This document shows positions 28,893-49,811 of a DNA stretch of 64,000 bases, piece by piece. The DNA is from the human T2T-CHM13v2.0 reference genome, Homo sapiens: assembly GCF_009914755.1 (NCBI RefSeq), contig NC_060935.1. One strand, given 5' to 3'. A model generated the notes under the pieces. That model saw only the letters and a list, made by a program, of their open reading frames with translations. It ran no database searches and was not told where the DNA came from. Position 1 is the first letter of the stretch. Each line of letters opens with the position of its first letter. The position numbers and the translations under genes were made by a program.

Positions 28893-29735
28893 AGGAATTC
28901 AATTCAACAAATATTTATGGAGCACTTGGGCCAGGCACTGTTCTAAATCCTTGGTATATCATGGAGCAAAGCAGACAAAGATCTCTATCTTTGTGGAGCT
29001 TATATTCTAGCAGGGAGAGATAAGCAATAAGTAGTAAGCAAAATGTATATAATATGTTAGAAAATGGTAAGTGCAAGAACAAAAGGTAAAGCAGCGGCAA
29101 GAAGGCATGGATCTGTGGGGAACTATAGTGTTTATTTCCACAGTATTTACTGTACGGCATTTATCCACCACAGTTGTAGAATAAAATAAATTAGTCAGGC
29201 AAGCCTTCTGGAGAAGTTGAAATTTGAATAAGGATCTAAAGGAATTAGGGGAGTTACTCAAGCCATTATCTGAAAGAAGATTTTTTTCAGACAGATAGGG
29301 CAGCTGGAACAAAGGCCCCATGGTGGGAGCATACCTGGATATCTGACAAAAAGCAAGGCCAGTGTGGCCGGAGTGAAGTGAGCAAGGGAAAGTGGTAAAG
29401 ATGGAGTTGGAGGTAATGGGGCTAGGGCTTTGGCTTTTACTTTGAGTGAAATGGGGAGCCAGGAGTATATGTGAAACAAAGGAATGACATGATATGACTA
29501 AGGCTTTAAAATAATCACTCTAGCTGCTATATTGGGAATAGACTATGGGTAGAAGCAGGTGACTTCTTAAGCTACTGGAGTAATGCAAGTGAAAGGCAGA
29601 GTGGCTTGGAGCAGAGGGGTAGCAGTGGGAGCAATGAGAAGTGATTATATTCTAAATATATTCTGAGGGTAGAGCTAATAGGATTTCTTCACAGTTGGAC
29701 ATGAGGTATTAGAAAAAGAGAAGGGTCTGGATAAC
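28893..29735 (-). mobile_element. L2 LINE 3' fragment
   Basis: attcaacaaatatttatggagcac ... ccaggcactgttcta; gaggccagtgtggc-type L2 motifs. Confidence 0.75.
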
Positions 29736-30826
29736 TAGCTTGATGTAAATCCTTCAACATAAGTGGCCACATGTGATACCATATGCACACCTCCAACCCC
29801 TACAACTCTGCTTACTGCTTGTTAGGCTATGATAGGCCCTTACCTAGGGGCAGCTGATCAATAGGCTGGACATTGGCCTGTTGGGTGTCCTGGCAGGAAA
29901 ATTCTGCCCAAACACATGGCAATTAACTATGTCAATAAGATATTTTATTTCAATAATCAGAACTGGAGAGACACAGGGAAAAATTCTTCAGTGAATGAAA
30001 GCTCAAAGGTGCAGAGTGAAGCCAGTATCAGACTTCATGAGTAAGCAGAAACCATGAATAAACAGGAGCGCTGAGCAAACAGAAGCCACAAGGCAGTGAA
30101 AAGATACAAAGAATAACAACATAAATGATAGAAGATAACCAAGACAAATCAAACCCTCAGGAGAGAGTCAATGGCTGGGTCTCGCTCACAGGCCAATCCT
30201 GGAGCCAGTCAGTTCCTCTGTTACCAGAACTGGGAGAATGGTGCTAGACAGGCAAAAACGACAGGTGTGCACCAGACATGTAGAGTCAGGCTGGAATCAG
30301 TGCCATGGAAGTCAGAACCACATGAGAGTCAAAATTATGAGGGTGCAAGAAAGCCAGAGAAAGCAGAGGAAACCTGTCTGCTGAGAGAATCAGAAAAGTG
30401 TAGCTAGCAGATGCTCAGAGAGGCACAGATGGCAGAGGATGCATCCACCTGAGAGTTGGGACTTCTTCTGATCTTCCTGTTTCAGTCCCAACGCAGGGTG
30501 GCCTAGCTATGCTGAACCCTGCACTTTGGTGCCTCAAGAGATTGCCTCTTGTGTCTGTTCAAAACACCTTCTTTTCTATTTTAGCTAGTGTGAGTAGTTT
30601 TTGGTCTATGCTCCCAGGATAAAGATGAGACATTTGGCTGGAAGTTTCTTGATATCTACTTATCTCTCAGATTTGAGCATGGCAGATAAGGTACAGGAAG
30701 TGAAAATGTAAATATCTGGTATAAAGAAGAACTAACTGTAACCATGCAAGGCATTTTACATGCCTTCTTTCATTTACTCTGTAGTGTGAGGGAGGTATCA
30801 TTACTAAGGCTCACAGAAACTTAGTA

Positions 30827-31461
30827 CAGTTCATCCTCATTATTCATGAATGGATTTGCCTACTTGCCAAAATTTATTTGTAGCCCAAATCAGTGCTCAT
30901 GGAACTTTTGTGGTCATTTACAGATATGCGCAGATCCGTGACAAATGTGAGTTGTCTAACATGAATATTCCCAGCTGAGATTGAACAAAGCAATGCCTTG
31001 CCTTCTTGTTTCATCTCTTATACTGTAAACAAGAATCTTTTTGCAGTCTATTTAGTGCCACGTTTTTCTCATTTTTGTGTTTTTTGGTGATTTTGCTCTT
31101 TACAATGATTCCTAATAATAGCGTTGCAGTGCTGTCTGGTGTTCCTGAGAGCAAGAAGGCTGTGATGTGCCTTATACAGAAAACAAACGTGTGTTAGATA
31201 AGCTTCCTTCGGGTAGGAATTATAGCCCTGTAGGCTGTGAGTTCAGTGTTAATAAATCAACAATATATATTAAATAAGGTGTCTTTAAACAGAAACACAC
31301 ATAAAACTAGGTTATGTATTGATTGGTTGATGAAAATGTGACCAGAGGCTTGCAGGAACCTAACCTTGTATTTCCCCTGCAACAGCTCATAGCAAATGCT
31401 AGGTCAATGCTTCAGATTTTATAGAATATTAACTACCATAAAAGAGAATGAGAATTGACTG
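30827..31461 (+). mobile_element. MER82-like TcMar-Tigger element
   Basis: Terminal inverted repeats cagttcatcctcatt / aatgagaattgactg with TA on both sides; interior matches remembered MER82. Confidence 0.8.
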
Positions 31462-32174
31462 TAACATGTCTAGGATCAGGCAATCTGTGGAAGAGTGAAG
31501 TGCCCAACTCCAAAGCCATACCTTTCTAACTCTGGGCACCTTGTGCTCATTCCATCCCACCATGCTACCTTTCAGAAGAGAAAGAAAAGCTCCTTTGCTC
31601 AGCTTCCACTGCTCCTTCCACTGCATAATGCTGCCTTCCCTGGAGCTTGTTGCCCAGTTGGAAAATCAACAGGTATGTGAAACAACTGTGAAAAATATAA
31701 GATAGGCTACATTAGGGCTGGGATAGTAATGTGTGCCACATTTGCCCTCATTCATCCCTTAAATACATGTGGCTGACATTGCTAATCTATCATAGCTTCT
31801 TTTCCTGCTGAACTCAGATGGAATTTCACAGTCCTTAACTCAGGACTCTAAACCACAACTACCAGTCACTCAGAGTTGGCATCTAAGATGAAATCTTTAT
31901 CTTCCTTGCAAAAGTGTCCTTACAAAATCAAGCATACTCCTGGAGGATCTGAGTTGCCAGGCTTAAAGAACTTTAGAGTTTAAGCAAATTTATTTGTCTG
32001 TTTCAAAGCCTATATCCTCTTAGGGAGCTCTTAGTGTCTTGGCTAGTGATAGCTCTTAGTGTCTTGGCTGACTCTGCTTTGGAAAGGCTTTCTGGAGTCC
32101 TTTGTATAAGACTTTGCTTCTGCAAGATTCACTGTAGCGGGGACATCTTTCTTGTTCATCTCTGAATCTCACCT

Positions 32175-32532
32175 GTGTGCCACAACTGGAGCTGAAGCAG
32201 CTGAGACACAGGGCACCATGTTGTGAGGCTGCACAGAGTAGGGGGGCCCTAGGCCTGGCCCATGACACCATTTTTCCCTCCTAGGACTCCAGGCCTGTGA
32301 TGAGAGGGGCTGCTGCAAAGGTCTCTGACATGCCCTGGAGACATTTTCCCCATTATCTGGGCGATTAACATTTGGCTTCTTGTTACTTGTGCAAATTTCT
32401 GCAGCCAGATTGAGTTTCTTCCCAGAAAATTGGTTTTTCTTTTCTACCACATTGTCATCAGGCTGCAAATTTTCTGAAATTTTATGCTCTGCTTCCTATT
32501 GAATGCTTTGCTGCTTAGAAATTTCTTCTGCT
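32175..32532 (-). mobile_element. THE1-type MaLR internal segment (host of the L1 insertion)
   Basis: The minus strand reads agcagaagaaatttctaagcagcaaagcattcaa..., directly continuing the THE1-int piece that ends at 38530. Confidence 0.85.
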
Positions 32533-37792
<5,260 letters not shown>

Positions 37793-38158
37793 GTGATATG
37801 GTTTGGCTGTGTTCTCACCCAAATCTCATCTTGAATGGTAGTTCCCATAATCCCCATGTGTTGTGGGAGAGACCCAGTGGGAGGTAATTGAATGATGGGG
37901 GTGGTTACCCCCATCTCCTGATTGTGAGTTTTCATGAGATCTGATGGTTTTATAAGGGGCTTTTCCTGCTTTGGTCAGCACTTCTTTCCCCTGCCACCAT
38001 GTCAAGAAAGACATGTTTGCTTCCCCTTCCACAATAATTATAAGTTTCCTGAGGCCTCCTTAGCCATGCAGAACTGTGAGTCAATTAAACTTCTTTCCTT
38101 TATAAATTACCGAGTCTTGGGTATTATCTTTGCAGCAATGTGAGAATGGACTTATACA
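37793..38158 (+). mobile_element. THE1-type MaLR LTR (5' LTR)
   Basis: tgatatggtttggctgtg ... atggacttataca termini, about 365 bp. Confidence 0.9.
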
Positions 38159-38530
38159 GTAAATTGGTACCACTATAGTGGGGTGCTGCTATAAGGATAC
38201 TAAAAAATGCAGAAGTGACTTTGGAACTGGGTAACAGGCAGAGGTTGGAACAGTTTGGAGGGCTCAGAAGAAGAAAGGAAAATGTTGGAAACTTTAGCAC
38301 TTCCTAGAGACCTGTTGAAGGGCTTTGACCAAAATGCTGATAGTGATATGGACAATGAAGTCCCAGGCTGCGGTGATCTCAGATTGAGATGAGAAACTTG
38401 TTGGGAACTGGAGATGAACTCTTGCTTTGCTTTAGCAAAGAGACTGGTGGAATTTTACCCCTGCCCTAGAGATCTGTGGAACTTTGAACCTGGGGGAGAT
38501 GATTTAGGGTATCCAGCAGAATAAATTTCT
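38159..38530 (+). mobile_element. THE1 internal 5' segment
   Basis: gtaaattggtacc start immediately after the LTR; ends at the L1 TSD agcagaataaatttct. Confidence 0.85.
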
Positions 38531-40434
38531 TTTTTTAAATTTTAAAAAAATTTATTATAGTTTAATTATAATACTTTAAATTCTAGGGTACATATGCACA
38601 ATGTGCAGGTTTGTTACATATGTATACATGTGCCATGTTGGTGTGCTGCATCCATTAACTCGTCATTTACATTAGGTATATCTCCTAATGCTATCCCTCC
38701 CCCCTACCCCCACCCCACCTCAGGCCACAGTGTGTGATGTTCCCCACCCTGTGTCCATGTGTTCTCATTCTTCAATTCCCACCTACGAGTTAGAACATGC
38801 GGTGTTTGGTTTTCTGTCCTTGGGATAATTTGCTCAGAATGATGGTTTCCAGCTTCCTCCATGTCCCTACAAAGGACATGAACTCATCCTTTTTTATGGC
38901 TGCATAGTATTCCATGGTGTATATGTGCCACATTTTCTTCATCCAGTCTATCATTGTTGGACATTTGGGTTGGTTCCAAGTCTTTGCTATTGTGAATAGT
39001 GCCGCAATAAACATACGTGTGCATGTGTCTTTATAGCAGCATGATTTATAATCCTTTGGGTATATACCCAGTAATGGGATTGCTGGGTCAAATGGTATTT
39101 CTAGTTCTAGATCCTTGAGGAATCACCACACTGTCTTCCACAATGGTTGAACTAGTTTACAGTCCCACCAGCAATGTAAAAGTGCTCCTATTTCTCCACC
39201 TCCTCTCCAGCACCTGTTGTTTCCTGACTTTTTAATGATCACCATTCTAACTGGTGTGAGATGGTATCTCATTGTGGTTTTGATTTGTATTTCTCTGATG
39301 GCCAGTGATGATGAGCATTTTTTCATGTGTCTGTTGCCTGCATAAATGTCTTCTTTTGAGAAGTGTCTGTTCATATCCTTTGCCCACTTTTTGATGGGGT
39401 TGTTTGATTTTTTCTTGTATATTTGTTTTTTTCTTGTAAATTTGTTTAAATTCTTTGTAGATTCTGGATATTAGCCCTTTGTCAGATGGGTAGATTGTAA
39501 AAATTTTCTCCCATTCTGTAGGTTGCCTGTTCTCTCTGATGGTAGTTTCTTTTGCTGTGCAGAAGCTCTTTAGTTTAATTAGATCCCATTTGTCAATTTT
39601 GGCTTTTGTTGCCATTGCTTTTGATGTTTTAGTCATGAAGTCCTTGCACATGCCTATGTCCTGAATGGTATTGCCTAGGTTTTCTTCTAGGGTTTTTATG
39701 GTTTTAGGTCTAACATTTAAGTCTTTAATCCATCTTGAATTAATTTTTGTATAAGGTGTAAGTAAGGGATTCAGTTTTAGCTTTCTACATATGGCTAGCC
39801 AGTTTTCCCAGCACCATGTATTAAATAGGGAATCCTTTCCCCATTTCTTGTTTTTGTCAGGTTTGTCAAAGATCAGATGGTTGTAGATGTGTGGTATTAT
39901 TTCTGAGGGCTCTGTTCTGTTCCATTGATCTATATCTCTGTTTTGGTTCCAGTGACATGCTGTTTTGTTTACTGTAGCCTTGTAGTATAGTTTGAAGTCA
40001 GATAGCATGATGCCTCCAGCTTTGTTCTTTTGGCTTAGGATTGTCTTGGCAATGCAGGCTCTGTTTTGGTTCCACGTGAACTTTAAAGTAGTTTTTTCCA
40101 ATTCTGTGAAGAAAGTCATTGGTAGCTTGATGGGGATGGCATTGAATCTATAAATTACCTTGCGCAGTATGGCCATTTTCATGATATTGATTCTTCCTAT
40201 CCGTGAGCATGGAATGTTCTTCCATTTCTTTGTGTCCTCTTTTATTTCGTTGAGCAGTGTTTTGTAGTTCTCCTTGAAGAGGTCCTTCACATCCCTTGTA
40301 AGTTGGATTCCTAGGTATTTTATTCTCTTTGAAGCAACTGTAAATGGCAGTTCACTCATGATTTGGCTCTCTGTTTGTCTGTTATTGGTGTATAAGAATG
40401 CTTGTGATTTTGCACATTGCTTTTGTATCCTGAG
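38531..40434 (-). mobile_element. 3' part of the same L1PA (ORF2 C-terminus, 3'UTR, tail), inverted
   Basis: ORF 39247-40359 (MSELPFT...) is L1 ORF2; the minus strand starts ctcaggataca, exactly where the plus part stops (agcaaagtct). Confidence 0.95.
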
Positions 40435-41105
40435 CTAACACTTGCTAAATGCCAGTCACTGTTCTAAGAAATCAGTATGTTATTTACTAACTTATTTGAT
40501 TCCATGAAAGCCCTATAAGATAGGTCACTATTATTATCTTCATTTTACAGAGGAGAAATCTGCTCATGGTTCTGTAGTGGTACAGATGAGAAAACAATTA
40601 AGTAATCTGCTCATGGTTGCGCTGCCATTAAGTAGTGAAGGCAGGATCTGAACTCAGGTACTCCAGTCTCATAAAGAACATGCTTTAATACTACTACTAA
40701 TTTTCTCCTTCCAATGATGATCTTTCCTCCATTCTACCTCTGCTATCCACTTCCACTGTCATACTGTGAACCCTCACATCACCTCAACCTGCCTCATCTT
40801 GAAATCACTAATTCAGGCATCTCACCCTCTGACCAACTTCCTGTCTCTCCAGAGAAGTTATAAAACAACAATAAAAGTAATAGTAATAATAGCATTTATA
40901 TAGCCTAAGTGCTCTTCACAAGTTAACTTATTTATTCCTCACAATTCCCTGGCAAATGTAGGTATTATTACAACTGTTTTACAGATGAGGAAATTGAGGC
41001 AAAGGAGGTTAGGTGACATGCTCAAGGCCACACAGCTTATGGGTGGCAAAGCCAGAATTTGAACCCAGACAGTCAGGCTCCAGTGTTCACATCCTTAACT
41101 ATTGT
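40435..41105 (-). mobile_element. MIR fragments (two copies)
   Basis: ttttacagaggagaaa / ttttacagatgaggaaattgaggc core and atttgaacccag motifs. Confidence 0.7.
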
Positions 41106-41283
41106 GTTAAGGATGATAAGCCTGGAGTTGAGGGAAAAGTTATTATCCCACTTAGGAGTTAACAAAAAAATCCATGCCTAACTCATGTTCCAAATATTTG
41201 TTTATCTGTTTGTTTGAAAGAGCCTCTAACATGATTTGCATATTCACTCATATTGAGAACCACAAATTAGATCATTTAAACAG

Positions 41284-41529
41284 CCACATGTTGTCGCTCA
41301 TAAGTGGGAGTTGAACAATGAGAACACATGGGCACAGGGAGGTGAACATCACACACCGGGGCCTGTTGGGGGGTTGGGGGCTAGGGGAGGGATAGCATTA
41401 GGAGAAATACCTAATGTAGATCACGGGTTGATGGGTGCAGCAAGCCACCATGGCAAGTGTATACCTTTGTAACAAACTTGCATGTTCTGCACATGTACCC
41501 CAGAGCTTAAAGTATAATTAAAAAAAAAT
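41284..41529 (+). mobile_element. L1PA (about PA7) 3'UTR fragment
   Basis: cataagtgggagttgaacaatgagaac ... cttaaagtataatt plus A tail. Confidence 0.88.
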
Positions 41530-42416
41530 AGTCTCCCAATCTGGAGTTCTGGTCAAGTTTAACCCTATTGTTTGTTGTCCTGCTGGCCTTGGTTAGAATT
41601 GCTTCACATAAACAGGACAGGGCTGGGCTTGAGAGTGTCAGCATTATGACTTGTCCAGTTAAATGAAAAAAGCATCATTGTCAGTAGCTTGGCAGGGCTG
41701 GAGCAAGAAAGGATGGACAAATTTCTTGATACAGACATGATACCTGACGTGTTATTACTTGTGTTCATCTGATTTAATCCAATAGCTAGGAAGAAGACTA
41801 ACTGATTAGCTGGGAATAGCTCAGGGCAGCAGTTTGCAACTCATTAATATGATGGCTTCTACTATAAGAAGAAAGCAGAATGAGAAATGCAAAGTAAAGA
41901 AGGTATTCTTGGCATGGGTCCAGGGGAAAAGCAGTCTGGCTGAAACCATTCAGTTTCGTCAGTCAGGAAGCAGCTATCTACGTAAACAGGAAGTAGAGAA
42001 GGTTGCAGGAGAGGGCAGTGGTTAGTTGGTGACAAACAAGAGCTGATACCAGATGGGTGTAAGTGGTTACATGTAAAAGAGATTCTGATAGAGGCCCAGA
42101 CATTGCATGTTAATTATCCCGGCCTTCTCCTGGGAGAGCTTGTTTCACCAGAGTGTCTATGCAACATGTGTTGAGTCCTATTCTCAAATAGATACTTCCT
42201 TTAGAGCCTGGTTTTTGCCAGTTGTCTGCTGGGTAGTTTTATTTTATCTCATTGAATCATCTCAACATTCTGTGAGGATGGGATTAGGTGAAGAAACCAG
42301 CTCAAAGGGATTAAGTTACCTGGCCTAAATTCATTTACATCATGCTATTATACAACACTTTGGAAACTGTCTCCTCTCTTAAAAGTAACTATTAGGTATA
42401 ACCTATTAGAAAGAAG

Positions 42417-42882
42417 GTATGTTGACATTCTAGAGATGCCATAACAAATTGCTACAAACCTCGTGACTTAAAACAACATAAATCTATCCTTTTACTATTC
42501 TAGAGGACAGAAGTCTGAAATCAAGGTATTGGCAGGGCCATGATCCTTCTGAAGGTTCTAGAAGAGAATGCTTCCTTGCCTTGTCCAGCTTCTGATGTCT
42601 CCAGGCATTCTTTGGCTTCTAGCTACGTAACGGCGATCTCTACCTTCATCTTCATATGGCCTTTCCTCTTTGTCTTTGTCTTTTACTCTTCTGTCTGTTA
42701 TAAGGATACTTGGAATTGGATTTAAAATCCATCTGGATGATCTCATTTCAAGATCCTTAACTTAATTACAGCTGCAAAGACTTTTTTTTTTTTTTTTTTT
42801 TTTTAAATAAGGTAACATTAACAGGGGCCAAGTATTAGGACATGGACACATCCTTTTTGGGGCCAACTTTCGACCAACTATA
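42417..42882 (-). mobile_element. MLT1-type MaLR LTR (MLT1C-like)
   Basis: gccataacaaatt, cagaagtctgaaatcaagg and ccttaacttaattaca motifs. Confidence 0.75.
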
Positions 42883-44923
42883 AGAGGTGTCACTATTATA
42901 ATATAAATGCAGATTTTGTAGTATTTTAATAACAACTAAGGAATTGAGAGGAGTATGTCTTGATTAGAGTTTCCATGTCTAGATCTCTATTCTTTAAAAG
43001 AATAAACTTTTACAAAATGCTAGTTCCCCTAGAAACCCCCCTCAAACCTTTGGCCTATTAGAATTTCAGAGCAAGAGGGGCATGTGATGCAAAGGCACAT
43101 GTACTTTGAAAATGCCCTCCAAGTGAACATGATATATCCTTCCTACAAGCTACACACCCACATGTGTTTGAGAATTGCTTCTCTGAGGAAATGCCATTCC
43201 CAGGCTGATGGATGGGTAAGAGGGAACTTCAAGGTACACTGATTGTGTGCTGAGGAAAGGGAGAGAAAAATCTGTCTGCAGTGATAATGGAGGCCACAAA
43301 TTGGGTTGATCTGAAGAACCTCAAATCCAAAGAGCAGGGCTGGAAAGAAAGATCTGATTACTACAAGAGAGCGACACTGTTGCTCATGTGATCTGTCTGC
43401 AATACAAATGTAATCATGTCACTCTCGCTTGAGATCTCATTGGCTGTCTATGAATAATGGATGATTTTCAGATTCCAGAACACAACACACAAGGATTTCA
43501 CAAGCTGGCTTCTACCTACTATTTTAGAATCATCTCTCACCACTCTCCCTCAAAGACTGTCTGCTCCTGCCATACTAAAATTCTTGCTATTTCTCAAACA
43601 CGTCTTATCCTTTATTGCCTTCCTAGCCTTGAACATGCTGTTCCATCTGCTTGGAATGCTATTCTCTGCTGGATAATTCCTGCTACACCTCAAGACCACT
43701 TTTCCTGCCACTCCATCTTCTGTCCTGCATTAAAAAGCCTCCTTATTCTCTTCAATAAGTTGGCATCTGCCTCTGCTGTGATTCTAAGTCACTCCATTCA
43801 TAGGAACTGTTGGCCTTGTGTCCCATCTTAACTTCCCCTGAGTCCAGTACTTTGAGAGCTTCTAGAAAGATAAAACTGTGTCATACTCATCCCTAAATCT
43901 CCAGTGCCTAGTAAGTGCTTAATAAACATTTGCTGAAAAATGAAAGGATCAGATCATTATGGCTTCAAGTCTGAAATACATACTTGGTTTGGTGATAGTG
44001 GGATCCAGGCTTTAGATCTTAAGCCTGTCAGACTGGAGCCATAGGCAGAGAAGAACACAAGGGAGTAAGTCTGGAAGAGGCACAAGAAGAGGGAATTGTA
44101 GGAAACTGAGAGATTATCCAGTTTGGAGGCATAATGGGGGTTGTTTAAGAAGATTAGGAGCCCTCAGTTCATTCTCCCATCTTCAGCATGGAAACTACTG
44201 AAGTGGAATCGTGTTGGGATTCCCCTTAATACCAGTGGCAACACATCAGGAGTGATAGGAATGACAGATGAACTACAGATAGAAAGTGTCATACTGACAC
44301 CAGGGAGCTATGTAGTTATGGGATGAATCGAGGGAAAGAGGACAAAGGGAAACACATATGAGAGAACCTTTAGAAAGTTCCCAAATAAGAAAAGAGGGAT
44401 TTGATGTTGGGTCCCATTGGCTGGTGTACATATATTGGCTGGTGAATAGTCTACTATATTCTTGGTAGCTGTCATTCTCAGCCAATTCTGACGAAAGTGA
44501 ACTACATTGCCCACCCTTGCATTTGTTCTAAGGGCATATAATTCATAGGCTGGCAACCTCTAATGAAGTCTTGGTATGAGAGCTTTTCTTAAAAGGATGT
44601 TAGTATCATCTGAATCAGTTGGCTCAAGCAGCACAGTGTAACAGTTAGGAATCCAAGGTCTAAAACCAAAGTGTACACCAATTAGACAAGTTAATTAACT
44701 TCTATGTGCCTTCGATTTCCTCTTTAGTAAAATGGATATGATAATACCAGTACATACTTCATGAGGTTGCTTTTGAGATTCAGATGGGCTAATATGAGTA
44801 AAACCCTTAATAAGAGTGATCAGTAAGTGTTATCTATGTTATAACTATTCAGAGGCAAATACACTAAAAAAATCACCTTCTGAGTTGAAATAATAATAAT
44901 TATTTTTCCAGCATATAAGGACC

Positions 44924-45370
44924 TGTATTAGTCAAGACTCAGTTGCAACTGCCAGAACCCAACTCAAAATAGCTTAAGAAAAAAAGAGGTTTTTATTGAT
45001 TTGTCTGTCTGAAAAGCCCAGGATTATCTGTAGTAACTTCAGTATTGTTTCAGGGTTGCAAAGTCACATTATTAAGACTTGGCTTCTTTATATCCCTTAG
45101 CTCTGCTTTCTTCTATACGAATTTTATTCGCAGGCAGTTTCCTCTTATAGAAGCAAGATGGTTGTTGGCAATGCCACACTTGCATTTCCACACAACTTAG
45201 TAACTTTCAACTTAATAACCCCAGTAGAAGGTCCAGCAAAAACTTTGCCCCTGATTCTTATTAGCCCAAATTGGATCACGTACTTATTCCTGAACCTGGA
45301 TCATGTGTCTACTGCTGAGTGAGCAGAAAACCTTTCCACAAAGGCAAATCAAGGTTTGGTTACCTTGATC
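44924..45370 (-). mobile_element. Old MLT1 (J/K-like) LTR
   Basis: tgtattagtcaagactcagttgcaac ... aactcaaaatagcttaag. Confidence 0.55.
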
Positions 45371-45397
45371 TGCAGAAGAAAGGCAATTGAGGCAGAT

Positions 45398-46335
<938 letters not shown>

Positions 46336-46617
46336 TAAAAGGCCATGTTTTATTTGGCACTGATGCTTTCAACAAACTTACAGGGACCATTGGCCCCAGG
46401 AGCCAAAAGCTGAACCTGTGCTGCTACAGCTCCTGGCCCTGTCCTAATTTCCTCTTCTTCTTCTCTGCTGTTTCTTCTACCTTTCACTTCTCTTCTTCCT
46501 CTTTGTTTTCCTCCACCTTTTCTTCTTCCTTCTCCTCTTCTTCCCTGATTGTTTTGACAGATCATTGAGTTCAGACAGTACATCACACATGAGGCCTAAA
46601 TTATGAATAAATTCCAT

Positions 46618-46625
46618 TGACGTCA
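46618..46625. promoter_or_regulatory. Perfect palindromic CRE (TGACGTCA)
   Basis: Exact CREB/ATF consensus with its CpG intact in non-repetitive DNA; function unproven. Confidence 0.3.
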
Positions 46626-49367
46626 GGCCATTTGTACATCCAGTGAACTTGGCTCAATTTTTGGCATCTCTAAGCCGTGTACACTGGAGATGCAGACGAG
46701 TGCCTTCAGGGCAACAGAGGCATTCCAGATGGTGGCGTTCAGATAGACTCCCCAACACACTGCCTCCCATCTGGGCCAGCGCTCAGAATGCCATAAGCCA
46801 CTCTCAGCACATCCCCAAAGCTGCTGTTGACTCTTGGAAGGAGTGCAGCAAACATACTGTGACTTATCAGGGCAAACCTGCAGATGATTAACTTTGGGCT
46901 CATTATATGCTGCATTTCCACCCAAGTGGACTCCAGGCTGGGGGTAAAAGCAGGGTAGGAGAGAGGGCAGACAGAGTGAAACAACAGGAGTTAGGCAGCA
47001 ATTATAAAAGTTTTCCCCAGCAAAGGAGACACAACATTAGGAGAAAAGTAGACGTTTAAAAATAGGCAAACATAAGTTAAAGTCCCTGCTATTTCACTCA
47101 TTACTTGTGTGCACCTGTTAGGTTGTGGTAGATATCTGCTCAGTATTTTTCCCACACCCCTGCTTCTGAAAACGGCAGCCTCTTTTCACTTGGGGGACTC
47201 CTTTACTACTCCACATGGCTTCAGGGCTCATACCCTCCTACCCTAACCTCATCTGTCTCCTAGGGAGTGATTATCCCCAGCAGAGCCAATTACAGTGTCA
47301 CAGCCCCCTGGACACAGCAAATAAGCACGTGGCTAATGCCAGTCCATAAAGTCCTTCTTTGAAAGTTTTTTAAAAAAATTCTATATTGGATCAAAGCTAT
47401 GTAAGAATGTTAATATACCTTACAACTCCAAAATAAGGGAGAAAGGAAAATCACTGTCATACCAGCTGGGAGAAATGGAGACATTCAAAGTCAAAAAGCG
47501 ATGCCTTCACTTTTCTGAATCACTGCCATAGCTACCTAGATTTATGGAGGCAATGTGGGATTATACATATGTGAATTTTCCTGGCAGCTAAAAGTTATCC
47601 CTTCAGAGGTAAAAGGACCTCTCTTTTTGTTTTTAAACCACGCTATTCGCAGGCTTTTCTAAAATATTTCACATATTTCCCTTACTTTTTAAGTGGAAGA
47701 TACCACATTTAGCCTCTTCCGGATGGCTCAGAGGCATCAAAATAAGTGTCAGTTAATAGGCTATGTGATAATATGGTTTGGAGTGTTTTTTTTGTTTTTT
47801 GTTTTTTTTTTTTTTTTTTTTAAAGACTGTCCCAACCTGCACTGCCTAACTCTTTCCTGCTTACCCAAGCACCACAGGGCAAGCTCTCAACAAGAATGAG
47901 CTTGAGGTACCCTGGCCTCATTCATGGCCAAAGCCCTGATTCTATTCCTGTCTCATATCCCCCTTCCTGATATGTTCTTGCATTCCTCTGGCTCCTGAAC
48001 TTCTGTTTGCTTCCTGCTTTTAGTCCCGCAGTTTTCCTTTAGATCTCACCTGTGACACAGCTGTTCTGTGACTGACCTTTGGTTCTCTTCCTCATATGCC
48101 ATTCTGCCTTTGCCCTTAGGCCCTGTTCTGTCTCCAGCTGGCAATTGTAGTAAGACAGGCTGGGGTCCCATGACGAGGATCAGATGCTAGTGTTCCTGTC
48201 TCCTTTCACATGGTTAAAGGGACTGGAATCATTTACTGTAGAGACAAACAACCTTATACACTACAGTAACCCTCAGAGTAAGATTTTAAAATAACTGGAG
48301 ATAGGGGAAGGGTTATAGAAGATATTCATGTTACTGCAGATTAGGCAGTATAGAAATCCATTTTCTGGGAAGCATCAATTACTCTCTTTACTGATTAATT
48401 GGGTTATACATGCTTCTTTGGAATTGTCAAATTTCCAAGCCTGACACTAGGCTCGATTGCTTGTTCCTATACTATCCAGGCCTAGCTTTCTCTTGTTCCT
48501 TTTCTGCTGACCCAGGAGTCCAAGGCTGCCAAAGGTATAACATTTTCTTTCTGCTTCCCTTCTTTCTGAACAGGTCTCTTTCTTCATCTCCATAAAAATG
48601 AATTAAAAAAATAAAACATAGAAATGCATCTCTCTCTATATATATGTTGAAAGTGGATGTTATACTTCTCAAGGGAGATAACATGCTAAAAGTATTATTC
48701 TGAATGAATAGATGACCTTATTTAAAGCTATAGGAAACATTGTGAAGGATGAGTCATTGCCAAATTAAAAGTTTACATTAAATATAAACTTTTGAGTCCC
48801 CTTTTAAGAACTTCAGAGAACCCTAGCTAAGCCTATGTTCTCAGTAACCCCTGCTGAATTGCTAAACCTCTCTTGCCTCTTTCACATGCAGTTGATCCAC
48901 CCATTCCGACACAGAAAGCACATAAAAGTCTAGCCTGGAGGCCTCATCTCTGATAGGCAGACAGAAATTTGCCCCTCTTTTATTCGCCCCTCCTACTTAT
49001 CCCATTCTCTGTTCTGCTCATGCTAGCTCTGTGATCCCATGGCATATTGCAGTGCAGTAGCCCTGAAACCTGGCTGCACATTGGAATCTATCCAGAGAGC
49101 TCTTGAACAGTTTTGGGGTGCTGAGCCCAATCTCTTCCCTCCACTGCAAGACTTCATTGCAGTGGTCAGAAAAAAAAAATCTGGTGTCCAGACCCAAATA
49201 CAACCAATTAAATTAGAATCTTTCAGGCATGGGATTTCTCTTCTCAGTATTTTATTGAGAAAATTTTCAAACAGACAAGACAGTTGAAAAAATTTACAAT
49301 CTTGCCACCTGGATTCTACCATTAGCATTTTATTATTCATGCCTATCCATTTAGTAACATTTTATTA

Positions 49368-49811
<444 letters not shown>

